Shown here: in pieces, positions 40,349 to 49,751 of the stretch
Layout: the number at the start of each line of letters is the position of its first letter
Position numbering within the stretch: position 1 is the first letter of the stretch
IMG/VR virus record: IMGVR_UViG_3300037840_000439
Reading direction: 5' to 3' (one strand)
DNA from: an uncultured virus (IMG/VR IMGVR_UViG_3300037840_000439)
Lineage: Duplodnaviria; Heunggongvirae; Uroviricota; Caudoviricetes
Length of the DNA stretch: 64,000 bases
The notes under the pieces: model-generated
The model's input: the letters and a program-made list of their open reading frames with translations, nothing else
What the model was told of the DNA's origin: nothing
Databases searched by the model: none
Program-made: the position numbers and the translations under genes

Positions 40349-40482
40349 CGAGCAACTGGGGAGCAGACGCAGGGATGCACTAATGCACGCGATCCTGCGC
40401 GCTCTATGGTGTTCCGTGGGCTACCACGCCATGTGCTCGCAGAAAAAGTGCTGGTGTCCCTGCCACTACGCGGGCGGTTAAC

Positions 40483-40875
40483 ATGGTCACAGAGTTTTGC
40501 GATGCCGGTACAAGACCAGCACAAATGGATGCGCCCAATGGGCCCGTCTGTGGGTGTGGACGCCCGGCACGACGTGAGAGCGGAAACTGCGGGTTACCTG
40601 TGCGGCAGCCAGTTCTTCTCACGAAGACAACCGTTCTCGAGGGTCACTACGCGTCCGGCGACTGCGAGTGCTTCTGCTTCGACACGCACCATCCGGAACA
40701 CGACCACTATGCTGCACTGAGAACGTGGCTACAGACACATGAGGACGTCACGGATATTCCCGCCGAACTTGTCTACGACACGTGCCTCTACCCCAACGCA
40801 CTTCTACCAGACGGCGTAGAACGCCGTAAAGGTCGGTGGACAATCACCGTGGCCTTCGAGCCGGAGCCGATGTGA
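40483..40875 (+). CDS. Hypothetical Cys-containing protein
   Basis: 130-aa ORF with CGCGRP. Confidence 0.55.
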   Translation: MVTEFCDAGTRPAQMDAPNGPVCGCGRPARRESGNCGLPVRQPVLLTKTTVLEGHYASGDCECFCFDTHHPEHDHYAALRTWLQTHEDVTDIPAELVYDTCLYPNALLPDGVERRKGRWTITVAFEPEPM

Positions 40876-42523
40876 GTCCCGGGTAGCGCAGATCGAACGC
40901 ATCGCCAGCTCCACTCAGATCGCCAGCGGTGATTCCAGTCTTCGCGGACATTCCAACGAAGTCACCAACACCATTTTCTTTCTGCTCTTTACCGGGCTCT
41001 ACCCACCACTCGCGTGAGTGTGGCGCGGTTTGCCCCACGGGATGCAGCGTGGTGCCGTCCATCTTCACCCAGGTGTTCATCTCGTCTTCGAATGCCATAA
41101 ACACGTGGGTTGGCACGTGATGCGGCTCCTTGTGGCTAGAGCCAATGATCATGGCGTTGATGCCGATACACATCATCGCGGCTGCAAGCGTGATGGCACT
41201 ATCATCGCAGTTGCTCACGGTTACATCATGTTCAGGGAGATAGACGTAGTGATCATCTGTTGTAATGTCCCAACACGATACCTTGCGTACAGCGCGCTCA
41301 ACGGATCGCACGAACAGATTCAGTTTGTCCTTATCTCTCTGACCGAGACGCCAAAGAGGATGCTTGCCCACACCGCCGTGTTGTTCCGGCGTTAGCATCT
41401 TCACGCCCATCATCTTGCCATGCATACGATGAAGCACGCGCACCTGGAGCATCAGCGATCGGCTTGTTGTCGAGAAGGTACGGGTCGACACGCCTGTGTT
41501 CTTGGTACTGTCAGCCATCAAACCGCGCAGTGCTGCGCCGGCTGTCTCCTCATCCAAGTTAATGGTTTCCAAGTGTTTGAAACGAGCACGTGATCCGAGT
41601 TCAGAAATTCGTGTTGCCCACGCTCGATCTTTGATGGTGATGTACCGTGAGTGCCATAGCGTCTCGATACCCAGTCGCTCGCAGATCGCCTTGACCTCGT
41701 GTTTCTGCGCCTCCTTGCGCTTTCCATCTCGTCCAGCCACGTAAAAACACACGTGTGGAAGTTCAGGGTTCTTGCTCGCCTTCGTCCACCCATCTGCGAG
41801 TGCGAGCGCTTCTACGTACATTCGGTCAGCATCTACACGACCAGATCCAAATGAGACACGCTTAGGCTGGAGCAACGTGTCGCCTTTACGTAGATCGCTC
41901 ACGCGAATACGCTGATCGAACGATTCAACACGCTTGTAGGCATCTCTGCATTGCACCTGCTCGCATCGACCTCCATGCTTGCATGCTCCCACATAGACAT
42001 GATGATCGGATGTCAAATACATCGTCGAACCGTTGCTCATCTCGATGGCGTCGACTGATAACTCACCCTTCGCCCATTTTTGTTCGACCATGGACCACTT
42101 ATCATGGCCCCAGATCCGGTCGCCGACTTTGATCTCTTCGATCGGAACGAACGCGAAATCGTCGCGAAGTAGCAACGTCCCTTCGGGGAAACAATCGCCA
42201 CCGATGATGCAGAAACCACCATCGTCCAGACACAAGGTCTGATCTGGCGTGGCCATGAACTCACCCATCACCGGATCGGCGATGTACGGCACCTTCTTCC
42301 GGTAAGCGTCGAGAATGGCTTGCGCCTTCTGCCGGCGACCTCCCCTCGACACGCCGGCCTTGTCGAGTACCTGCGTGGCCCACGCACGAAGTCGAGGTGA
42401 CATCCGTGCTTTCCACGCGCGCTCCGCGCATTCCTTCAGCGACAGGTGTGCGCCCTTGGCGCCAGCGGGATGCGTTCGAGCGTCAGTCACCACGCCTTCG
42501 ACGGGCTTGTCAAGCAGGGCCAT
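40844..42523 (-). CDS. Transglutaminase-like cysteine enzyme interrupted by an intein
   Basis: The spliced product reads GGD|CDD; His in THVF, Asp in KMDGT; 231 aa after splicing. Confidence 0.85.
   Translation of the reverse strand: MALLDKPVEGVVTDARTHPAGAKGAHLSLKECAERAWKARMSPRLRAWATQVLDKAGVSRGGRRQKAQAILDAYRKKVPYIADPVMGEFMATPDQTLCLDDGGFCIIGGDCFPEGTLLLRDDFAFVPIEEIKVGDRIWGHDKWSMVEQKWAKGELSVDAIEMSNGSTMYLTSDHHVYVGACKHGGRCEQVQCRDAYKRVESFDQRIRVSDLRKGDTLLQPKRVSFGSGRVDADRMYVEALALADGWTKASKNPELPHVCFYVAGRDGKRKEAQKHEVKAICERLGIETLWHSRYITIKDRAWATRISELGSRARFKHLETINLDEETAGAALRGLMADSTKNTGVSTRTFSTTSRSLMLQVRVLHRMHGKMMGVKMLTPEQHGGVGKHPLWRLGQRDKDKLNLFVRSVERAVRKVSCWDITTDDHYVYLPEHDVTVSNCDDSAITLAAAMMCIGINAMIIGSSHKEPHHVPTHVFMAFEDEMNTWVKMDGTTLHPVGQTAPHSREWWVEPGKEQKENGVGDFVGMSAKTGITAGDLSGAGDAFDLRYPGLTSAPARRPR
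41210..42193 (-). mobile_element. Intein (328 aa) with degenerate LAGLIDADG endonuclease
   Basis: Block A CFPEGTLL, block B LTSDH, ALALADG and LRGLMADS, block F CWDITT, C-terminus VTVSN followed by Cys+1. Confidence 0.9.
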
Positions 42524-42544
42524 ACGCCCACCGTAGCACGGCTT

Positions 42545-43198
42545 TCAGAGCAGCTTAATACAGCTCAATGCCCCCGGCGGCTGTACAGACCCGTAAAGCT
42601 CCCCTACCGCCCGCTGCGCATTAAGGAGTACCGCCGCAAGCGTTGCTTGGACCTGCGCGCGGGCGTTCGTCCGCGGGAGACCGGCCGCCAGGAGTGTCGA
42701 GAACATCCGGCTGTGCGAGGCCGCGAGACGGACACCTTCCTGCACAGCTTGCGCGTACGGCGAGCGACCGATCGCGGGCTCCACAGCAGCATCAATCGAC
42801 ACAGCCACATCACCCGCGTGCATCGCGAACCGATGGTCGTCCATCGCTTCGAGTCCACGCACCAGATCAGCCGCGTTATCGAGCGCGCGGAAGTCGCGGA
42901 GGATGACGTAGGCCATCTTACCGAACGGGCTCGGGGTCACACCGTCGGCGTAGGGGAGGGACGCGAAGTAGGCGGGCGGGAGGAGATCGAACGCGGGGTC
43001 GAACCACTTCTCCGGCAGGTTGAGCGTCTCACCGGGAACGAGCGACTTGAACGTCACGTAGCCGTTGGGGTACGTGATCGCTTCTTTCTGCCAGTTCGCC
43101 TTGACCAAGTCAGCACAACACTTGGGACAGCCAGCCATGTCGTCTCTCGCAGCAATGCTTGCAGGCGAGTCACCCGGCTTCACGATGTAGGTCCGCAT
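42545..43198 (-). CDS. LysM-domain protein
   Basis: YIVKPGDSPASIA...LVKAN...LVPGETLNLP; paralogous to the LysM at 33487. Confidence 0.8.
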   Translation of the reverse strand: MRTYIVKPGDSPASIAARDDMAGCPKCCADLVKANWQKEAITYPNGYVTFKSLVPGETLNLPEKWFDPAFDLLPPAYFASLPYADGVTPSPFGKMAYVILRDFRALDNAADLVRGLEAMDDHRFAMHAGDVAVSIDAAVEPAIGRSPYAQAVQEGVRLAASHSRMFSTLLAAGLPRTNARAQVQATLAAVLLNAQRAVGELYGSVQPPGALSCIKLL

Positions 43199-43327
43199 GG
43201 GTTGCAGCCTACGCGGACTACACGACTCGCGCTAGATGTTCACCCGCCGTGAGCTCCCCAGCCGACTCGCCACCCAGCCATCGGAGCCCCGAAAGACTTC
43301 CCATCAACGAGCACCACTAAGCTCCCC

Positions 43328-43732
43328 CTATGGTTCCGGTGCATCCAGCGGTTCCACCTTCTTCCCTGCCACAGCGTCATCGGCGCGTTTTCTATTCAAC
43401 GTGGCCCAGTTACGCGCCTCGGTCAGGTCAGCCTCGTATCGGCGGATTCGAGCGATGAGCGCTCGTATGGCGATCGGAAGATTCGGAGGCGCATCCGGTT
43501 GTGCCTCCCAGAGATCGATTTCGCTGGCGGTGGCCGGCGCCTGCTCCGTGGTAAATGGATTGCGTCGCGGCGGTAGGGCGTCTTCGATTCGTAAAAGCCG
43601 CTCGTGAAGAACCCGTGTGAGCTGAACGTGCGGATCCGGACGTCCGTTGGGTCGATCGGATGAATTGATGTCATTCAAGCGGTTTTCGCACTGCGTGCGA
43701 AGCTGTGCCAGTTCACCTTCGATTCGATTCAT
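43328..43732 (-). CDS. Hypothetical protein
   Basis: SD AAGGAG; 134 aa. Confidence 0.6.
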   Translation of the reverse strand: MNRIEGELAQLRTQCENRLNDINSSDRPNGRPDPHVQLTRVLHERLLRIEDALPPRRNPFTTEQAPATASEIDLWEAQPDAPPNLPIAIRALIARIRRYEADLTEARNWATLNRKRADDAVAGKKVEPLDAPEP

Positions 43733-43750
43733 GGTTTCTCCTTACCGGTC

Positions 43751-44227
43751 TTATGAACACGATCCAACCAAGCCACCGTACGGGTGCTCCCCTTGGCCCA
43801 AAACAGAGCACAACGATTGTGGCGGACAGTCATCACAGGAAACATCCGAGCCATTCACGGAACAGAACCAAGTAGGTGCACTTGGGTTGCACGGTACAGC
43901 AACAAGATTAGTGTTAGGGCCCTCAAAAGTTGTACAGCACAGTGCAGAGCTTGAATCCAGCACATCGGGGGCCGCGTCGATCGTTGTGTCACCAGAATCA
44001 GAGTCGATCGCAATCGAGCTGGAATCCGGCTTCTGAGCGTTAACCATTAGAGACCCCGAGTCGGCACCAACAGTCGTCGTCTCAACAGCATCGGTCGTCG
44101 CTGCAACATCATCAGTCGATGCTTCAACAACAGCATGGCCGGCATCATCATGGGCTGCCGCTACCGAGAAAACCGGGCCTCCACAGCCGTACAGCCCCAG
44201 TGCGAGAACAACGAAAAGCGTTTTCAT
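43751..44227 (-). CDS. Myxobacterial-type lipoprotein
   Basis: MKTLFVVLALGLYGC, DAG/DSG/DAAPD linker, Cys-rich C-terminus; ATGA overlap. Confidence 0.75.
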   Translation of the reverse strand: MKTLFVVLALGLYGCGGPVFSVAAAHDDAGHAVVEASTDDVAATTDAVETTTVGADSGSLMVNAQKPDSSSIAIDSDSGDTTIDAAPDVLDSSSALCCTTFEGPNTNLVAVPCNPSAPTWFCSVNGSDVSCDDCPPQSLCSVLGQGEHPYGGLVGSCS

Positions 44228-44475
44228 GACACGCCCACCTGCCGCTGAAATGCGTTTCCCCACACCCTTGCCGCCTCTGCGAGCTTATCCTTCGCCGCAA
44301 CGCTCTTCGCGATGAGGTCGAAGACCAGCGCGTAGTCAGGATGCTTCCTGCGCTCCTCGTGCGGAGAATAGTTAAGCTCTGGATGTTGGCGTCGAAACGC
44401 ATCCAGTGCGGCAGACACATCGCGGTCGGCTTGCGCGTAGATTAATGCGGCGGCTTCGAGTGAGGTCATCTTCAT
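44224..44475 (-). CDS. Hypothetical protein
   Basis: Start MKMTSL, 6 nt after TACACT. Confidence 0.6.
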   Translation of the reverse strand: MKMTSLEAAALIYAQADRDVSAALDAFRRQHPELNYSPHEERRKHPDYALVFDLIAKSVAAKDKLAEAARVWGNAFQRQVGVS

Positions 44476-44481
44476 GCCGCT

Positions 44482-44509
44482 AGTGTAGCTCGTTGTCACT
44501 ACTTGTCAA
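44482..44509 (-). promoter_or_regulatory. Sigma70-like promoter (leaderless)
   Basis: TTGACA-16 nt-TACACT-6 nt-ATG on the minus strand. Confidence 0.6.
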
Positions 44510-44750
44510 CGGTCCTTGGGTTAGCACGATCTCTGTGGGAAATGACCGGTTATCTTATCTCTTGGAAATCGTTGCACAACCGTTGCCGCTCCGTTCAGCA
44601 GCTCCTTGCACCGGGCACACCGTGTCCCGTTGGGGGGCGCCGAATGCCCGAGCATTTCGTCTCCCGCCTGGAGGCACGTCTCGTGAACACGCATCCGTTG
44701 CGGTCGGTAGCCGGCGGTTCGTCCTGGCTTGCCGAGGGCCGATGAAGGCA

Positions 44751-45407
44751 TTACCGCACCACCTTCCCCGCCCACGCATCCTCCCGCCACTCGGGCCCTT
44801 TTTCCACCCATCGACTTTTCCAGTGATGCGTAGTTACCGCGTCTTGGATTGGCGCTGGCGGCACCGGACGGTTCCAGCAATGCGTCGGGTAGAACCGGTG
44901 ATAGGAGTGGATAGTCACTTCCCCTGGGTGTTCTTTGGTCATGGGCGTGATAATACGTGGTCCCGTAAAAACGGTTGGTCTTCTGTTGGCATCATCAGGA
45001 GTGGTGGTGAGTAGTGACGCGAGCGTAGCGTTGAGCATCCGCTGGACGAATGGATGGCGCGGCATAGCAAAGATGAGCGATCCGCACACCCATTTGTCGT
45101 CTTCACGTGCCAAAAAACAACCCTTAGGGTCGTCGAGAAACGGTGTCAGTGGTGCGAGGCATTCCATATCCGTATCTGCGTAGATACCACCCTCCTCAAG
45201 GAGGACGGCCCAGCGCAAGACATCGCTTTTGATAACGGGGGTGTAGCGCGTATCGATCATCAGCTGGTGTACGCGCTCGTCAAGACCGTGAGCATCTCTC
45301 CAAAAACGAAACGAGGCGTCCGGATGATACTTCATCCAGGACATGCGCCAGTCGGAATACCGGAATGGATCCGAACCGGGCCAGACGTGGTGAATAACGA
45401 GACTCAT
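44751..45407 (-). CDS. GT32 (OCH1-like, DXD) glycosyltransferase
   Basis: IHHVW, KSDVLR, GGIYADTD, TGP, FYP. Confidence 0.9.
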   Translation of the reverse strand: MSLVIHHVWPGSDPFRYSDWRMSWMKYHPDASFRFWRDAHGLDERVHQLMIDTRYTPVIKSDVLRWAVLLEEGGIYADTDMECLAPLTPFLDDPKGCFLAREDDKWVCGSLIFAMPRHPFVQRMLNATLASLLTTTPDDANRRPTVFTGPRIITPMTKEHPGEVTIHSYHRFYPTHCWNRPVPPAPIQDAVTTHHWKSRWVEKGPEWREDAWAGKVVR

Positions 45408-46414
45408 CAGAAGAGTCTCTTTTTCCACGTCTCTGGAAGCTTTGTATTGTCGATCTCGATCGCAAGAGAATGATAGACAAACGGTCGTGGACCTCGGGCA
45501 TTAATCCATTTAACCGTATTCTCCAGGCCCTCCCATAGGCTCACCTTGGATTCATACCCTAGAAGACGCCGCGATTTGTCCGCCGAACAGTGCGCGAGAC
45601 GTACTTCGCATGGACGTTCTGGCTTGAAAATTGGGTCCAGCTTGAAGTTGAGGACCCCAGCGATCTTCTTCGCTACTTCAAGAACCGTTGTGACCTCAAG
45701 GTCAGGACCAATGTTAATGATCTCTCCTGCAAGCGTTGGTTCGATAGCCATGCGTACCATAGGGATGACGCAATCGGTATAGTAAGAGAATGATCGTTCC
45801 TGCGAACCATCGCCGTAGATGAAGGGCTGCCGACCTTGCAGCATGAGGTTCGTAAAGATACCAATTACATTCCTGGCAAAGTCATCGTACCGTTGACGTG
45901 GACCATAGATATTGTGCGGTACTGCGATAACCCACTCTACTCCGTGTGTCTCAGCTAGATTCTGAAGAAGGAGTTCAGAAGCCCATTTCCCGATCCCATA
46001 CGGATCCTGCGGCTTAGGCACCATTTCCTCGGTAAACGGTAAACGATCTTGCGTTCCATAGCGCGCCATGGACGTACAATGAACGATACGTCGAACCCCT
46101 ACAGCACACGCAGCTGAGAATACCGACGCACTCGCCATATACCCGTGCCGTGCGTTCTCATGCGGAGAAAAGACAGATAACCCTTCGTGAGCGGTAGCTG
46201 CGGTATGCACCACGACGTCTGTAGCGCGCATAGCGTGTTTCAGATGATCAAAATCGTTGCAGTCCCCTTGATAGAACTCGACACCGCTTGGTACATTTTC
46301 CAGCGAGCCACCAATCATATTGTCACAGCCAGTGACTTGGTCACCGCGAGCCAAGAAAGCATCAGCAAGATGGGAGCCGAGAAAGCCAGCAACCCCAGTC
46401 ACAAAAACTCTCAC
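45407..46414 (-). CDS. NAD-dependent sugar epimerase/dehydratase
   Basis: VTGVAGFLGSH, YGIGK (YxxxK), NIYGP. Confidence 0.95.
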   Translation of the reverse strand: MRVFVTGVAGFLGSHLADAFLARGDQVTGCDNMIGGSLENVPSGVEFYQGDCNDFDHLKHAMRATDVVVHTAATAHEGLSVFSPHENARHGYMASASVFSAACAVGVRRIVHCTSMARYGTQDRLPFTEEMVPKPQDPYGIGKWASELLLQNLAETHGVEWVIAVPHNIYGPRQRYDDFARNVIGIFTNLMLQGRQPFIYGDGSQERSFSYYTDCVIPMVRMAIEPTLAGEIINIGPDLEVTTVLEVAKKIAGVLNFKLDPIFKPERPCEVRLAHCSADKSRRLLGYESKVSLWEGLENTVKWINARGPRPFVYHSLAIEIDNTKLPETWKKRLF

Positions 46415-47376
46415 TGAAGTATCCCTTTGATCTTTACGATCTCCGGATCAACCCATATACGATCCCACTCGGCACTCTTGAATAGATAATGCTTCGAGTG
46501 CACAACCATGTGATCGGTCGACATTCGCCGACGGATACCCATACGGTTGAACATGTCGTCTTGTGCTATATCAGGTCCGAATGCTGATCCATCGTCGGTC
46601 GGCCAGGAACCATTACGCACGAGCATAGGTTTGAACATCAACTCGGGCACCCAATGCGTCATTGCCCGCGCTCCACACGGCTCCTCGATGACGCCAGGCA
46701 CCCGAGCGATGTCGCAGAACCTCTTGATCGCATCGTACGATACCCGCGTCGCTTCCGGACTCTGATGACGTGCCGCAAGCGGAAACGTGAGGTAGTGGCT
46801 GCACTGCTTTCGCTGCGCTTGAATCCACTCAGGCGTCAACGGCTCAGGCCACCAGTCGCGCCCCTGAAACGTAATCATCGCCATATTGGACACGAACTTG
46901 TTCGGATCTCTCCCCTCATCGAGTCCCAACGTGTCCCACATAACACGATCCCACCCAGGCATAAAGATCAGATCTTCATCGCCGACACCAACGATCCAGT
47001 CCGTGGTTGCCGCAGATACGCCCACGTTGAGCGCGCCGGACATGCGAAGACCACCGGTCCAGTAATGCTCATCCCCCTGGAACTCAAGTATCTTCACGTT
47101 GTGCTCGTCGAGCAACGCTTGATGCCCGTCGATCCAACGACACATGTGCTCGCGCGCCGCCCTGTCGGCCTCGAGCGCGCTCGCCCACGCGCTGGGATCT
47201 GTACCGTAACTGTCAGGTCGACTCTTAAACTCGTACTCGTGCGGGCACTTATCGAGCACAAGGATAATTTCATGATCACGCTCAGCATGAAAAATCACGG
47301 TCGGTAGTGCGTTCGCCGTGAACGTGGTTCGCTTACGCAGCGGCATGACAAACGACATCTTAGGGATAGGGCTCAT
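46411..47376 (-). CDS. GT2-like glycosyltransferase
   Basis: SFVMP, EIILVLD, LNVGV, GDED. Confidence 0.65.
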   Translation of the reverse strand: MSPIPKMSFVMPLRKRTTFTANALPTVIFHAERDHEIILVLDKCPHEYEFKSRPDSYGTDPSAWASALEADRAAREHMCRWIDGHQALLDEHNVKILEFQGDEHYWTGGLRMSGALNVGVSAATTDWIVGVGDEDLIFMPGWDRVMWDTLGLDEGRDPNKFVSNMAMITFQGRDWWPEPLTPEWIQAQRKQCSHYLTFPLAARHQSPEATRVSYDAIKRFCDIARVPGVIEEPCGARAMTHWVPELMFKPMLVRNGSWPTDDGSAFGPDIAQDDMFNRMGIRRRMSTDHMVVHSKHYLFKSAEWDRIWVDPEIVKIKGILQ

Positions 47377-47385
47377 AACATTCCT

Positions 47386-48921
47386 TTATTTCGATGTGCG
47401 TAGAATGCTCAATGGAATAGTACCCTGACCCATTGAATGCTCGTATCGAACCGCTACCGCGCCAGGATTGAACGGGATACCAAGCTTCTGGCGTACGTCA
47501 CGCTCCACCCAATCGCGAAGCTCTACGATTCGTTCACTCGAGAGATGATCGGTGAAGACGTAGGCTTGGTAACCGCCGTCTGGCGCGCCCTTGTAGTAGT
47601 CGGCTACTTCCGTGTAATCGACATCACGCGAATGCAACGCATCGCCGTTCGGCGCACGGTAGGTCCACACGTCCGATCCCAACGACGGGCTCGGAAGCGC
47701 CTCGTCGTAGTACGGCGTACCGGGATATGTTGTAATGCATGTTGCGTCGAAATCGGCCGGCTTCACTTCAAGGAGCCAATCGTGAACAGCGCGGATACTC
47801 GCTTCTGTCTCGCCAGGATGACCGACGCTCATGAGCGCTTTGACCTTCAAATTGTGCTGACGACAAATATTCATCACACGCGTGTTATCTTCAAGCGTCG
47901 CATTCTTCCGAATGTTCTCGAGAATACGCGGATCGGCGCCTTCGAAACCGCAGAGGATCCAACGGAAGCCAGCTCGGTACATCGCCGCCGCTTGCTCGTC
48001 CGTAAACAACTCGGCCTTGACGAATCCTCGCAACCGAAACTCGACGCCAAGCCGAGTTTGAAGCGCTGCGATCTCGTTCATGAGCTCAACGAGGCTCTTG
48101 TTCACATTTAACTCATCGTCGTAGAGCATCGCGCCGGTAAACCCGTAGGTTCGATGAAGCAACTCAAGCTCCGCGACTACGCTCGCCGTTGAGCGAGTAC
48201 GAATCTTGCGGAGCATTTTTGTATTACGCCCCCCACAGAAACCGCATTTGTACGGGCAACCTAATTGCGCGATAAGACTCGTACTTTTATGGTTTTCAAT
48301 CGTGTAGCGGTAGCTTTCAAGATCGACGAGGTGTCGCGCCGGGTACGGAGACGCTTCATAGGTCGCGTTGTTCATGAACATGCCGTTTTTTGGCTCATCG
48401 GCGTCCACAACCTTCGACGCATCTTCGCGCAGCGCCTCAAACACGGCCGTCTCACCGTCGCCGCTCACAAGAACATCGAATAGCCCCTCAAGCTTCACCA
48501 ACGCCCCATGCCCGCGCCCGACACGCCCAGCCTTCTTCTCGAGCTTCATTGCCGAATGCACGAGCGTGATGTGCGGCCCCCCAAGAATAATCCGCATGTC
48601 CGGGCGCGTCTCACGCACGACCCGTACGATCTTCGTTGTGGCGGGAAGTTGAGGAGTCGTCGCCGTTAACGCTACAACACTGGCCTTCGTGATCGCCGTG
48701 TACGTCCGAACGGTCTCCTCATAATTCTCGACCCCATTCAGATCGAGATGCTCTACCCGGTACCCGGCTTGCTCAAGAACAGCGCCCACCTTGAGGATGC
48801 CCAAGTTCACGAACACGCGCTCATCGAGAAGAAATACGCTCGGCGGGGTAACGAGAAGGATAGGCGCCGTCTCCCCTGGAGCACGCGTGGGTGCAGAACC
48901 GACAATCGGTAAGGTACGCAT
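47386..48921 (-). CDS. B12-binding radical SAM protein
   Basis: ILGGPH, GDGE, GCPYKCGFC, YDDE, GFEG, GHPGET, YPGTP; start uncertain. Confidence 0.92.
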   Translation of the reverse strand: MRTLPIVGSAPTRAPGETAPILLVTPPSVFLLDERVFVNLGILKVGAVLEQAGYRVEHLDLNGVENYEETVRTYTAITKASVVALTATTPQLPATTKIVRVVRETRPDMRIILGGPHITLVHSAMKLEKKAGRVGRGHGALVKLEGLFDVLVSGDGETAVFEALREDASKVVDADEPKNGMFMNNATYEASPYPARHLVDLESYRYTIENHKSTSLIAQLGCPYKCGFCGGRNTKMLRKIRTRSTASVVAELELLHRTYGFTGAMLYDDELNVNKSLVELMNEIAALQTRLGVEFRLRGFVKAELFTDEQAAAMYRAGFRWILCGFEGADPRILENIRKNATLEDNTRVMNICRQHNLKVKALMSVGHPGETEASIRAVHDWLLEVKPADFDATCITTYPGTPYYDEALPSPSLGSDVWTYRAPNGDALHSRDVDYTEVADYYKGAPDGGYQAYVFTDHLSSERIVELRDWVERDVRQKLGIPFNPGAVAVRYEHSMGQGTIPLSILRTSK

Positions 48922-48961
48922 TTCGCGTAGGACTGTAGCTCGAACATCACCTTCCTTGTAC

Positions 48962-49741
48962 CTACACTTTTCGAAAAACGTGCTCCTCGACGCGCACCAG
49001 CCCATTTCGCGGGAACACCTCGGCCGCGAACGTCTCGTCGTCGTACTTATCGACGTTCAGGTGCATTGGAATTGTACCATCGTCATCGTGGAACGACGTG
49101 GTCGCCACACACAAGCCGCCGGGATTCACGAGAGAGGCAAGTAACACCACGAGCTTTTCCGGCTCCGGCACATGCTCGATCACTTCCGTGCAGATCACCA
49201 GGCCGAAAGTGCGTCCCTCAAGCTCAGGGATCCTGGCGGTCATGTAGTCATCATGCAAATCCACGCGTGCCGGCATGTGCCGTGGCAGATTCGTTCCACC
49301 GTACTCAAGATGCGTGTACTCCTGCGCCCTCAAATAGCGCCAAAATGCGTAGTCGACCATCACGCCACCGACATCCACGTGCGTGCATCGATACCCTCGC
49401 ACCACGAATGGCAGGAGCTGCGACCCTATACCCGCGCCGAAGTCGAGTACACCGTCACGCGTATCAACGTGAAGTGTTTCCATTCTCTTGCGGAGCGCTA
49501 CCTCACCGGGTATCCCGTACGTTGCGAAGACCTGCTGCTCTACTTGCGGCTTGCACGTCCTGTAGTGCGCCATGATCTCAGCTGGTGTCTTTGGATTGCG
49601 CGCACGCCATACCTCATTGGTCGCATAGAACGAGTTGCCGACGTTAAACGCTGTTGCTATCGCATTCTCACCCTTGTACTCGGCCAGTTCGCGGATGGCA
49701 CCGAGGAGGACGCCGCTATTGTTCGTCGCAACGATCGCCAT
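48962..49741 (-). CDS. Class I SAM methyltransferase
   Basis: VLDFGAGIG, CTEVIEHV, NPGG. Confidence 0.88.
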   Translation of the reverse strand: MAIVATNNSGVLLGAIRELAEYKGENAIATAFNVGNSFYATNEVWRARNPKTPAEIMAHYRTCKPQVEQQVFATYGIPGEVALRKRMETLHVDTRDGVLDFGAGIGSQLLPFVVRGYRCTHVDVGGVMVDYAFWRYLRAQEYTHLEYGGTNLPRHMPARVDLHDDYMTARIPELEGRTFGLVICTEVIEHVPEPEKLVVLLASLVNPGGLCVATTSFHDDDGTIPMHLNVDKYDDETFAAEVFPRNGLVRVEEHVFRKV

Positions 49742-49751
49742 GGGGGGTCTC

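Noticed and set aside
47386..48921. RiPP pathway with leader-tagged ORFs as precursors of the radical SAM
   Set aside because: The enzyme lies within a sugar operon, and the tagged proteins carry folded domains and TM anchors. Not formally excluded.
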